Shown: piece by piece, positions 1-8,691 of the stretch
Layout of the letters: the number at the start of each line of letters is the position of its first letter
Numbering within the stretch: position 1 is the first letter of the stretch
Assembly (NCBI GenBank): GCA_036845485.1
Contig: DAIUDS010000001.1
Coordinates: 3,574-67,573, forward strand
Length of the DNA: 64,000 nt
Reading direction: 5' to 3'
Source of the DNA: Jiangellaceae bacterium
GTDB lineage: Bacteria; Actinomycetota; Actinomycetes; Jiangellales; Jiangellaceae
The notes under the pieces: model-generated
Databases searched by the model: none
What the model saw: only the letters and a program-made list of their open reading frames with translations
What the model was told of the DNA's origin: nothing
Program-made: the position numbers and the translations under genes

Positions 1-789
1 CCCGATGATGATGGCGCACCAGAGCAGCGACGCGAGGACCGGCTGCTGCATCGGCCACGCATCCGACTCGACCAGGCTCTGATTGCCGAACAGCTCGCGG
101 CAGGCCTGCACGATCGCGCTCAGCGGGTTCCACTCGGCGAGGCTCTGTAGCCAGCTCGGCATGGTCTCTGGTGGCACGAACGCGTTGGAGATGAACGTGA
201 CCGGGAAGAGCCAGATCAGCCCTGCCGAAGCGGCGACCTGCGGGCTGCCCACGGACAGACCGATCAGCGCACCGACCCACAGCATGGCGAACGCGAGCAG
301 CAGCAGAAGCCCGACCGCAGCCAGGAACTGCAGGACGCCGTTGTGGAACCGCCAGCCCACGATGACACCGCAGATCATCATGATCACCAGGACGATCAGC
401 TGGTTGGACAGATCGGCCACGACCCGCCCGCCGATCACGCCGGAACGGGCCATGGGCAGTGAGCGGAACCGGTCGATCAGCCCCTTCTGCATGTCGTCGG
501 CTAGCCCGACGCTGGCCGGCGCGCAGGCGAAGGCCATGGTCTGGGCGAAGATTCCCGCCATCAGATACTCACGGTAGTTGACACCCTCGACCGGGATCGC
601 GCCGCCGAACACGTACGCGAACAGCAGCACGAACATGATCGGCTGGATGAACATGTAGACCTGGTTGTCGGGCACTCGCCAACCACCACGGATGTTGCGC
701 CACGCGACGACCAAAATGTCGCGCAGGGCCGAACCGCGGCCGACGCTTCCCGTGGTGGCGCCAGCGGCCTTGACCTCGGTCGTGGTCAC
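1..789 (-). CDS. ABC-2 type (DrrB-like) transporter permease; start inside the window, 3' end runs off the window
   Basis: Manual minus-strand translation from GTG 789 gives a continuous hydrophobic multi-TM protein (VTTTEVKAAGATTGS...YMFIQPIMFVLLFAYVFGGAI...). The GTG overlaps the TGA of the upstream ATPase (GTGA). It is absent from the ORF track because it runs off the edge. Confidence 0.75.
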   Translation of the reverse strand, partial: MTTTEVKAAGATTGSVGRGSALRDILVVAWRNIRGGWRVPDNQVYMFIQPIMFVLLFAYVFGGAIPVEGVNYREYLMAGIFAQTMAFACAPASVGLADDMQKGLIDRFRSLPMARSGVIGGRVVADLSNQLIVLVIMMICGVIVGWRFHNGVLQFLAAVGLLLLLAFAMLWVGALIGLSVGSPQVAASAGLIWLFPVTFISNAFVPPETMPSWLQSLAEWNPLSAIVQACRELFGNQSLVESDAWPMQQPVLASLLWCAIIIG

Positions 790-1793
790 TTGGCCCTCCC
801 TGATGTGAGCTCCTCCGCGGGAGCGGGGTTGTCGTCTGATGCCTCTTGGGCGTGATGCCCGGTGAGTTCGAGGAACACGTCGTCGAGAGTCGGCCGGCGC
901 AGCGCGATGTCGTCGATGGCGATGTTCGCCTCGTCGAGGTCGCGGATGACGAGGACCAGCCCCTTCGAACCCTGGCTCGTCGGCACGGTCAGCTTGCGCG
1001 TCTTGGTGTCGACGTCGCACTGACCGTCGCTGCCCCGGTGGAGGATCTCCTCGGCGTGTGCCAGTGCGACAGGGTCGTGGACAATGACCTCGATCCGTTC
1101 GCCGCCCACCTTGGCCTTGAGCTCGTCGGCGGTGCCTTCGGCGATGATCGAGCCCCTGTCGATGACCACGATCCGGTCGGCCAACGCATCGGCCTCCTCG
1201 AGGTACTGCGTGGTGAGCAGGATCGTCGCGCCTTCCTCCCGCCGCTCCCGGATGACGTCCCAGAGGTCGAGCCGGCTGCCCGGATCGAGACCGGTCGTGG
1301 GCTCGTCGAGGAACAGGACCTCCGGATGCACGATGAGGCTGCCGGCAAGGTCGAGGCGGCGACGCATGCCGCCCGAGTACGTCTTCGCGACCCGGTCGCC
1401 CGCATCGGCCAGGTCGAACTGCTCCAGCAGCTCGCCCGCGCGCCGGGCCGCCTCGGCACTCGAGAGCTGGTAGAGCCGGCCGAAGAGCCACAGATTCTCG
1501 CGACCGGTCAGGTTCTCGTCGATCGCGGCGAACTGTCCGGACAAGCCGATGCTGGACCGAACCGCCTGCGGCTCGGCGACGACATCGTGACCGGCCACGA
1601 CGGCCCTGCCGGCATCGGGCCGGAGCAGAGTCGTGAGCATGCGCACCGTCGTGGTCTTGCCAGCGCCGTTGGGCCCGAGCATGCCCACCACAGTGCCCTT
1701 CGGCACGACCAGGTCGATGCCACGCACGGCCTCGACGGCATCGTCGCCGGATCCGAAGGTCTTGACCAGGCCTTCCGCGATGATTGCGTTCAC
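786..1793 (-). CDS. ABC transporter ATP-binding protein (DrrA/daunorubicin-resistance type)
   Basis: Walker A GPNGAGKTT, signature YSGGMRRRL, Walker B LFLDEPTTGLD. 335 aa. ATGA overlap with the upstream gene. Confidence 0.9.
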   Translation of the reverse strand: MNAIIAEGLVKTFGSGDDAVEAVRGIDLVVPKGTVVGMLGPNGAGKTTTVRMLTTLLRPDAGRAVVAGHDVVAEPQAVRSSIGLSGQFAAIDENLTGRENLWLFGRLYQLSSAEAARRAGELLEQFDLADAGDRVAKTYSGGMRRRLDLAGSLIVHPEVLFLDEPTTGLDPGSRLDLWDVIRERREEGATILLTTQYLEEADALADRIVVIDRGSIIAEGTADELKAKVGGERIEVIVHDPVALAHAEEILHRGSDGQCDVDTKTRKLTVPTSQGSKGLVLVIRDLDEANIAIDDIALRRPTLDDVFLELTGHHAQEASDDNPAPAEELTSGRAK

Positions 1794-2248
1794 GATGTGT
1801 CCTCTCGTCCGCCTGTGTCGTCCGGGAGCCTGCCAGGCCGGGCCGACATCACCGCACCGGTCAGGTTCAGCAAGGCCGTGGCTTCGTCGAGGTCGAGTTC
1901 ACCAGTTGCCAGGCGGCGCAGGACTGCCTCCCGGCTCGGCTCAGGTTCAGCATGTGCCGTCGGGTGGGCCGATTCCTCCAGTCCGAGCTTGGCCAGCAGG
2001 TCGGCGAACCGCTGACGGGCCGTCGGGTAGCTGACCCCGAGGTCGCGGGCCAGATCCCTCATGTTCCCGCGAGAGACCAGGAAGGTGCGAAGGATTTGCC
2101 GATCGTGTTCACCCAGGGCGCAGTACTCGCATGACGAGAACTGCCCAGCCAGCTCGCTGCCGCACGACGGACAACCGAGCCGGGTGATCTGCAACTGGTC
2201 GCCACACACCGGGCAGTCGCGCGGCGGCTGGTGAGTCGACGGACTCAC
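1790..2248 (-). CDS. DUF2089-type zinc-ribbon plus HTH protein
   Basis: CPVCGDQL...CPSCGSEL zinc ribbon followed by an HTH (NMRDLARDLGVSYPTARQRF). The likely start is GTG 2248 (GTGA overlap with the upstream stop), not the track start at 2446. Confidence 0.75.
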   Translation of the reverse strand: MSPSTHQPPRDCPVCGDQLQITRLGCPSCGSELAGQFSSCEYCALGEHDRQILRTFLVSRGNMRDLARDLGVSYPTARQRFADLLAKLGLEESAHPTAHAEPEPSREAVLRRLATGELDLDEATALLNLTGAVMSARPGRLPDDTGGREDTS

Positions 2249-3078
2249 CGCGGCGCCTTGACGGTCACGCTGCCCATGACGACCTCCACGTCGATCTCGG
2301 CAGCGCCGGTACCGACGACGAGGTCGCGGTTCCGGTCGCGGCCGTGGCGCTCCGGCTCGGTGACGAACCGGCCCATCTGGACATCGGAGCGGACCCGTAC
2401 GTCGGAACCCGGCAGCAGCGTGAGCTGAAGCGAACCGGACTCGCACCGGAGCCGGGACCGGCCGTGGGTCTGAAGTGTCTCGACCTGCGCCGAGCCGGCC
2501 TGCACCAACAGGTCGAATGGCTGCTGCACACCGCGGACCCGCAGAGAGCCGGCTGTGACCCGGACGTGGTCAAGCCCTTTTGCGTCCTCGACCTGCAATG
2601 AGCCGGCGATGACCTCGACGCCCACCGCGAGGTCGGGTCGGACCCGGACCAGCAGTTCGAGGCCCTGCCCGAGGCCGTGCTGGAGCCGACCGGCGACCTC
2701 ACGCCAGCGGCCGCCGGACAGCAGCGTAAAGGCGTCGTCTGTCGGGATCGGCTCGACCTCCCCGGCCACCACGAGCGTGCTGCCCTCGCGTCGGACATGG
2801 TGTGGACCCTCGACGGCGTAAATGGTCACCGACGGGTCACCGACGATCCGGACCCTGCGCGACGTGGCCCGAACGAGAACCCTCTCGATGTCTGGCACAG
2901 CGGGCGGTGGCGCAGGCCCGCCGGCCGCCGCTCCGGAGGCGCTGGCGCCCTTAGCCTCGCGGCCGGTCGTCGCCGACGCCTCACCGGCGTCGTCGGCCAG
3001 CAGGCGGGCCGCCTGGGAAGGATCGAGCCGGCCCGCCGCAACGTCTTCCAGGATCTGACGCGTGCTCTGTTCGGTCAT
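2245..3078 (-). CDS. SHOCT-like N-terminal helix plus beta-strand-repeat (DUF4097-like) protein
   Basis: N-terminus MTEQSTRQILEDVAAGRLDPSQAARLL, Ala/Gly-rich linker, then repetitive beta-strand segments. The ATG at 3078 is preferred over 3141, which abuts the ilvA stop. First gene of a 4-gene overlapping operon. Confidence 0.6.
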   Translation of the reverse strand: MTEQSTRQILEDVAAGRLDPSQAARLLADDAGEASATTGREAKGASASGAAAGGPAPPPAVPDIERVLVRATSRRVRIVGDPSVTIYAVEGPHHVRREGSTLVVAGEVEPIPTDDAFTLLSGGRWREVAGRLQHGLGQGLELLVRVRPDLAVGVEVIAGSLQVEDAKGLDHVRVTAGSLRVRGVQQPFDLLVQAGSAQVETLQTHGRSRLRCESGSLQLTLLPGSDVRVRSDVQMGRFVTEPERHGRDRNRDLVVGTGAAEIDVEVVMGSVTVKAPR

Positions 3079-3141
3079 GGGCCCATCGTGGCGTCCATGT
3101 TCCAGTCCGTCAAGTTCGCTTTCCGTTATGACAAGAGACAC

Positions 3142-4350
3142 TTAATCTATTGACAATGGATAGCCCGCCTTGCGAAGGTGCGAGAGCACCTGAGTCCGGT
3201 GTTCCGTTCCCCGGGTCTCGACCTGGAGCGCCACCTCGACCTCGTCGACGTGCAGCCGCGGGCCGGTTCTCTCATGGACAACGTCGAGCACATTCGCGTC
3301 CACGGAGGCAAGCTCGCCCAACAGCCTGGCGAGCGCACCGGGATGATCGGGGATCCGAACCCGGAACGAGAGATAGCGGCCTGCAGCGGCCATGCCGTGC
3401 CGGATCACCCGCAGCAGCAGCAACGGATCGACGTTGCCGCCGGAGAGCACGGCGACGACGGGTGGTTCGAACGCCGGCGGTTCGGTGAGGAGCGCAGCCA
3501 CGCCGGCCGCACCCGCCGGCTCCACCACCAGCTTGGCTCGCTCCAGGAGCAGCACGAGAGCGCGTGAGAGCGCCTCCTCGGTGACCGTGACGATGTCGTC
3601 CACCAGGTCACGGACCAACCCGAAGGGCACCTCGCCCGGGCATGCGACGGCGATTCCGTCGGCCATCGTCTCCATGCTGGACAGAGTCACCGGCTCGTCG
3701 GCCGCGAGCGAGTCCGGATACGCGGCCGCGCCGGCAGCCTGCACGCCGACGACCCGGACGCCGGGCCGCGAGTCCTTGACCGCAAGCGCGATGCCCGCCA
3801 GCAGGCCGCCTCCACCGGTTCCCACGAGGACCGTGCGGACATCGGGGCACTCCTCGAGGATCTCCAGCCCCACCGTCGCCTGCCCAGCGATGATGTCCGG
3901 GTGGTCGAAGGGATGGATGAGCACTGCGCCGGTGGAGGCCGCGAACTCGGCCGCCGCGATCAGCGCCTCGTCAACCGTGCTTCCGGCGAACCGGACGTCC
4001 GCGCCGTATGCACGCGTCGCCTTCTCCTTGACGATTGGCGCACCCTCCGGCATGAAAACGGTGGCCTTGGCGCCGAGCATGTCGGCAGCCAACGCGACGC
4101 CTTGGGCATGGTTGCCGGCACTGGCCGCCACCACTCCACGGGCCCGCTCGTCGTCGGATAACCGTGAGATGCGCACGTACGCGCCCCGGATCTTGAACGA
4201 CCCGGCTCGCTGGAGGTTCTCGCATTTGAGGTAGACCGGACCGCCGACCCGACCGGCCAGCCAACGTGAGATTTCCAGCGGCGTGGGACGCACCACGTCG
4301 CGCAGGAGCTCGCGGGCCGCGTGCACGTCGGCCATCGACACCGTCGTCAT
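3142..4350 (-). CDS. ilvA: threonine ammonia-lyase (threonine dehydratase, short form with a single C-terminal ACT-like domain)
   Basis: PLP-lysine motif GSFKIRGA and glycine loop GTGGGGL. About 400 aa. The start may be 4350 (MTTVSM) or 4386. Confidence 0.9.
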   Translation of the reverse strand: MTTVSMADVHAARELLRDVVRPTPLEISRWLAGRVGGPVYLKCENLQRAGSFKIRGAYVRISRLSDDERARGVVAASAGNHAQGVALAADMLGAKATVFMPEGAPIVKEKATRAYGADVRFAGSTVDEALIAAAEFAASTGAVLIHPFDHPDIIAGQATVGLEILEECPDVRTVLVGTGGGGLLAGIALAVKDSRPGVRVVGVQAAGAAAYPDSLAADEPVTLSSMETMADGIAVACPGEVPFGLVRDLVDDIVTVTEEALSRALVLLLERAKLVVEPAGAAGVAALLTEPPAFEPPVVAVLSGGNVDPLLLLRVIRHGMAAAGRYLSFRVRIPDHPGALARLLGELASVDANVLDVVHERTGPRLHVDEVEVALQVETRGTEHRTQVLSHLRKAGYPLSID

Positions 4351-4420
4351 GACCGCGATCCTCCCACCAGGAGCTGCGCGCTTCACGAATGATCACCTGA
4401 GGTGGGCTTCCACCAAATGA

Positions 4421-4469
4421 ACTTGCGTTCTACAAGCAACCTGCTCATACTTGTGGGGTGCAAGCAACC
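4421..4469. promoter_or_regulatory. candidate MarR operator pair
   Basis: Two copies of ACTTG-N7-CAAGCAACC (4421-4441 and 4449-4469), each with an internal CTTG/CAAG inverted repeat. The second copy overlaps the marR GTG start at 4458. Confidence 0.45.
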
Positions 4470-4961
4470 AATCCGCTCGCCGCCCGGGACACCACTGGCG
4501 CTGCCACCGGGCCGCAGGACGACCTCCACGTCGCATTCATGCGGCTGTTCAGGCGGCTCAAGCGGCTATCGACGATGACCGGGCTCGATCCCGCGCTGGT
4601 CGCCGTCCTGCACGACCTCGGCTGGAGCGGTCCGACCCGCACCTCCGTACTGGCCGAGACCATGCGCCTGGACCAGTCGACCGTCAGCCGACACGTTCGG
4701 GCCCTCGAACAGCTTGGGTTGGTCGAGCGAGTGGGTGACCCGGAGGACCGCCGCGCGGCCCTGCTCTCGCTCACTCCGGCCGGTGAAGAGCGGCTCGCCG
4801 CGATCATCGCCGAGCGCCGCGCCATCTTCCGGTCCGCGACTGCCGGCTGGTCCGACGACGACCGTGCCCAGCTGGCGGGCCTCATCGACCGGATGGCCCG
4901 CTCGCTGGAGGCCGGGGATCGTCCCGAAATCGACCACGACAAGACCATGGAGAACTCGTGA
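4458..4961 (+). CDS. MarR family transcriptional regulator
   Basis: Winged-HTH MarR pattern (RTSVLAETMRLDQSTVSRHVRALEQLGLVERVGDPEDRRA). 4-nt overlap with the downstream MFS gene. Confidence 0.9.
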   Translation: MQATNPLAARDTTGAATGPQDDLHVAFMRLFRRLKRLSTMTGLDPALVAVLHDLGWSGPTRTSVLAETMRLDQSTVSRHVRALEQLGLVERVGDPEDRRAALLSLTPAGEERLAAIIAERRAIFRSATAGWSDDDRAQLAGLIDRMARSLEAGDRPEIDHDKTMENS

Positions 4962-6532
4962 GCATCTCCGACGCCACCAGGGCGCCCACCGCCGAAGAGC
5001 ACACCTACCTGTCGCACCGGCAGATCCTCGTGGTGCTTTCCGGAGTGATGGCCGGCATGTTCCTGGCCGCCCTCGACCAGAGCATCGTGGGTACTGCACT
5101 GCCGAGCATCGTCAGCGACCTCGGCGGGCTCAACCACCTGTCCTGGGTCGTCACTGCCTACCTGCTCACCTCGACCGCTTCGACACCGCTATGGGGCAAG
5201 ATCTCCGACCTCTACGGGCGGCGGCCGATCTTCCAGGCCGCGATCATCGTCTTCCTCGCCGGGTCACTGGTCGCCGGAGCGGCGGACAGCATGAGCGTGC
5301 TCATCGGCGGCCGGGCCATCCAGGGCCTTGGCGCCGGAGGGCTGATCGCCCTCGCGCTGTCGATCATCGGTGACGTCATTCCGCCCCGGGAGCGCGGCCG
5401 CTACCAGGGCTTTTTCGGCATCGTCTTCGGCGCTTCGAGCGTAGGCGGTCCGCTGCTCGGCGGCTGGTTCACCGACGGGCCGGGCTGGGAGTGGATCTTC
5501 TGGATCAACATCCCGATCGGCCTCGTTGCGCTGGTCGTCACGTCGCTCGCGTTGAAGATGCCGAAGGTCCGCCGCGACCACAAGATCGACTATATGGGCG
5601 CCGCCGTGATCGTCGCCTCGGTCACGTCGATCCTGCTCTACACCGCTTGGGCCGGGTCCGAGCTCGGCTGGGCCGACCCGCTTTCGCTGGCGCTGCTTGC
5701 GGGCGGCATCGTGCTCGCCGGTCTGTTCGTGCTGGTCGAGTTCCGCGCCGAGGAGCCGATCATCCCGATGCGGCTGTTCGAGAACCGCGTGTTCACGCCC
5801 ACGGTGATCTTCACGTTGATCACGGGCCTGGCGATGTTCGGCGGCATCATCTTCCTGCCGGTGTACCTCCAGGTCGTGCAGGGCATGTCTCCCACGGAGT
5901 CGGGGCTGGCGCTCCTGCCGATGATCATCGGACTGTTCGCCACGTCGATCTCGTCCGGTCAGATCGTGACCCGCACCGGCCGGTACAAGATCTTCCCGAT
6001 CCTCGGTGCGGGGGTGATCGCCGTCGGCGTGCTGCTGCTCTCCACGCTCGGAGTCGACACGCCGTACTGGCAGACTGCGATGTACTTCTTCGTCTTCGGT
6101 GCCGGACTCGGGTTCACGATGCAGATCGTCGTGACCGTCGTCCAGAACTCCGTCGAGCGGCGGGACATGGGCTCGGCCACGTCGAGCGTCACGTTCTTCC
6201 GCTCCATGGGCGGCGCGTTCGGCACGGCCATCTTCGGTGCGGTGCTCACCAGCCGGCTGGGTGTCTACCTCGCCGACGCCGCCGGGGGCGGGGGGCTGCC
6301 CGCGGACCTGAACGTGTCGGCCAACAACGTCCAGCAGATCCAGGCGCTGCCGGCCGACGCGCATGCCGTCGTCGTCGACGCGTGGGTGAAGGCGTTGCAC
6401 GACGTGTTCCTGGTGGCGCTCCCGTTCGTCGTCATCGCATTCGTGGCGGCCTTCTTCATCCCGGAGCTCACACTGAAGACCGGTGTGAGCGACGAGGATG
6501 CTACGGCCGAGCCGGCGCTCGCGATGGACTAG
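4958..6532 (+). CDS. MFS transporter, DHA2 (EmrB/QacA, 14-TMS) family
   Basis: 524 aa. Motif GKISDLYGRRP. About 14 hydrophobic segments. Coupled to marR. Confidence 0.9.
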   Translation: MSISDATRAPTAEEHTYLSHRQILVVLSGVMAGMFLAALDQSIVGTALPSIVSDLGGLNHLSWVVTAYLLTSTASTPLWGKISDLYGRRPIFQAAIIVFLAGSLVAGAADSMSVLIGGRAIQGLGAGGLIALALSIIGDVIPPRERGRYQGFFGIVFGASSVGGPLLGGWFTDGPGWEWIFWINIPIGLVALVVTSLALKMPKVRRDHKIDYMGAAVIVASVTSILLYTAWAGSELGWADPLSLALLAGGIVLAGLFVLVEFRAEEPIIPMRLFENRVFTPTVIFTLITGLAMFGGIIFLPVYLQVVQGMSPTESGLALLPMIIGLFATSISSGQIVTRTGRYKIFPILGAGVIAVGVLLLSTLGVDTPYWQTAMYFFVFGAGLGFTMQIVVTVVQNSVERRDMGSATSSVTFFRSMGGAFGTAIFGAVLTSRLGVYLADAAGGGGLPADLNVSANNVQQIQALPADAHAVVVDAWVKALHDVFLVALPFVVIAFVAAFFIPELTLKTGVSDEDATAEPALAMD

Positions 6533-6659
6533 CCCGGCTCGAGGTGCGGGGCTCGGCCTCGCCGGGTTCACGGTCCGCCAGCGCCTCGCGCGCTTCGCGC
6601 TCCTGTGCTGCAGCACTAGGTTTGACGATCGCGACCCATCCGAGTGGGGAGAGTCTGCC

Positions 6660-7658
6660 GTGAAGTTCGCCTGGCTGTGCAGCCATGAGTCGTACCAGCC
6701 TGAGGCCCTGCTGCGGCACGCCGTCCTCGCTGAAGAGGCCGGCTTCGACATGGTCACCGGCGCCGACCATTTCCACCCCTGGGTCGACGACCACGGTGCG
6801 GCGAGTTTCGTCTGGAGCTGGTTCGGAGCCGTCGCGCAGGCGACGTCCCGGGTTCAGCTCGCCACCAGCGTGTCCGCGCCGCTGTTCCGCTATCACCCCG
6901 CAGTGATCGCACAGGCTGCTGCCACTGTGGACCGGCTGTCCGGTGGCCGCTTCATCCTCGGTGTCGGAACCGGCGAGGCGATCAATGAGACTCCGCTGGG
7001 ACTCGAGTTTCCCGGCTACGGGGAGCGGATCGCCCGCATGGAGGAAGCGCTGCGGATCATCCACGGCCTGCTCGGCGGTCAGAAGCTGGACGTCGAGGGT
7101 GCGTACTACGCCACCCACGCCGCGAGGCTCTACAGCCCCCCGCTCGGCACGGTTCCGGTCTGGATGGCCGCGGGCGGGCCTCGATCCGCGACCTTCGCCG
7201 GCGAGGTCGCGGAGGGGCTCATCACCAGTGTCAAGGATCCCGCGCTGACGCTCGAGAAGGTCATCAACCCGTACCGCGAAGCGGCACGGTCCAGAGGCGC
7301 GACAACGACGATCATGGCCACGCGGTGGTGCGTCCTGGCTGGCGACGAGGACGAGGCATGGGAGGCATTGGCGCCGATGCGCGGGCTTCGCGCACCCGGC
7401 AGGCTCGAGGTGGCCGACCCGATGATCCTGCGCCAGCGGGCCGACGAGATGGACCGGTCGGAGATCCTCGGCCAGTACGCGATCGTGCGCGACCTGGACC
7501 AGCTCGCCGCGGCGTACCGGCCACTGGTGCAGGGCGTCGGCGCGGACTACGTGGCGGTCCAGGTCGCCAGCGTCGACCCGGAGCGCACGATCGGACTGAT
7601 CGGCTCCGAGGTCCTGCCCGAACTGCGGAGCCTTGCTATAGGCGCATCACACCCCTAG
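6660..7658 (+). CDS. LLM-class F420-dependent oxidoreductase (G6PDH-related family)
   Basis: VKFAWLCSHESYQPEALL...GGRFILGVGTGEAINE is typical of this luciferase-like family. GTG 6660 is preferred over the track start at 6498, whose N-terminus is Arg-rich junk. Confidence 0.8.
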   Translation: MKFAWLCSHESYQPEALLRHAVLAEEAGFDMVTGADHFHPWVDDHGAASFVWSWFGAVAQATSRVQLATSVSAPLFRYHPAVIAQAAATVDRLSGGRFILGVGTGEAINETPLGLEFPGYGERIARMEEALRIIHGLLGGQKLDVEGAYYATHAARLYSPPLGTVPVWMAAGGPRSATFAGEVAEGLITSVKDPALTLEKVINPYREAARSRGATTTIMATRWCVLAGDEDEAWEALAPMRGLRAPGRLEVADPMILRQRADEMDRSEILGQYAIVRDLDQLAAAYRPLVQGVGADYVAVQVASVDPERTIGLIGSEVLPELRSLAIGASHP

Positions 7659-7686
7659 TCGGATTCACCCGGCCGGCCTCGTCCGT

Positions 7687-8691
7687 TCAGCGCGGCGGCA
7701 GCCGCCAAGGGTCTGCGTCGTCGGATCGCTCGTCCGTCGACTGGTCACCGGCCTGTGCGACCTCCGTCGACTGGTCACCGGACGGCGCGGTCACCGTCGA
7801 CTGGTCACCGGACGGCGCGGCCTCCGTCGACTGGCCACGCATCGGATCGACCGCCTCCGCCGAGGTGCCGGTCCACGGCTGCGCAGCCGACGGTTGCCTC
7901 GTCCACGGTTGCGCCGGCGCGTTCCACGACGGCTGGCCCGAGGGTGCAGCACCGTAGCCCGGCGGGACCGCAGCCCTCGCGTCGAGCACCCGGTCCTGGC
8001 GGGTGGTCAACGATCGCACCATGACGATGCACAGGACCGCGGCGGCAATGAGCACCAGCATTGCGAATCCACCAATGACATCCGAGACCGCTGCCGCTTC
8101 GATGTCGGATGGTGTCGTCAGGAACTCGTCGGTCGGTGAGAGCCCGATTTGAACACCCCGCAGGACCCAGCCGAGACCGAACAGGATCGCCCAAGGGACG
8201 ACGACTGCCGGGCCTCGGCCCGCCCGCTCATCCGACACCCGCGACGACCGGAAGATCTGGACTGCCGGCAGCACGAAGTTGGCCAGCGGAACGAACCAGC
8301 CGCCGATCGCCCAGCCGGCGCCCAGACCGCCGCGCCGACCGAGGAGCTCGGCATTCTTGGCGTGCCTGTACTGCCAGACGATGAACACCACCGCGATGGC
8401 CAGGTAGAGCAGCGAGTGAAGCGCCGTCGTCGCGGCGACACCCGCGTCGGCGGACTCGGCCTCGGAGTTACCCGGGAACTCACCGTCGGCCGCCCCGAAC
8501 AGGAGTGAGGACCGGTAGAACAAGACGATCGCCGCGATCAACTCGACGACGGCCACGATGCACAGCAGGACCGTCAACGCGGTGGCGAGCCCGCGAAGCG
8601 ACTTCCGCGTGGTTGCGGACGGCGGGTAATTGCCGACGGCCGGGCTTTCCCACGGCGACGGGCCGCCGCCGACCGGCTGGGTGCCACTCAT
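7687..8691 (-). CDS. DUF4328 membrane protein with a repetitive acidic C-terminal tail
   Basis: WQYRHAKNAELLGRR...GWAIGGWFVPLANFVLP core. The tail contains 10-aa repeats (DQST..AxSG). Confidence 0.8.
   Translation of the reverse strand: MSGTQPVGGGPSPWESPAVGNYPPSATTRKSLRGLATALTVLLCIVAVVELIAAIVLFYRSSLLFGAADGEFPGNSEAESADAGVAATTALHSLLYLAIAVVFIVWQYRHAKNAELLGRRGGLGAGWAIGGWFVPLANFVLPAVQIFRSSRVSDERAGRGPAVVVPWAILFGLGWVLRGVQIGLSPTDEFLTTPSDIEAAAVSDVIGGFAMLVLIAAAVLCIVMVRSLTTRQDRVLDARAAVPPGYGAAPSGQPSWNAPAQPWTRQPSAAQPWTGTSAEAVDPMRGQSTEAAPSGDQSTVTAPSGDQSTEVAQAGDQSTDERSDDADPWRLPPR
7734..7853. repeat. 30-bp tandem repeat, about 3.5-4 copies, inside the DUF4328 gene
   Basis: The unit ccgtcgactggtcaccggacggcgcggtca starts at 7734, 7764, 7794 and 7824 (the last copy is degenerate). 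Confidence 0.9.

Noticed and set aside
7734-7853. CRISPR-like array
   Set aside because: The repeats are contiguous with no spacers, lie in frame inside a CDS, and no cas genes are present.
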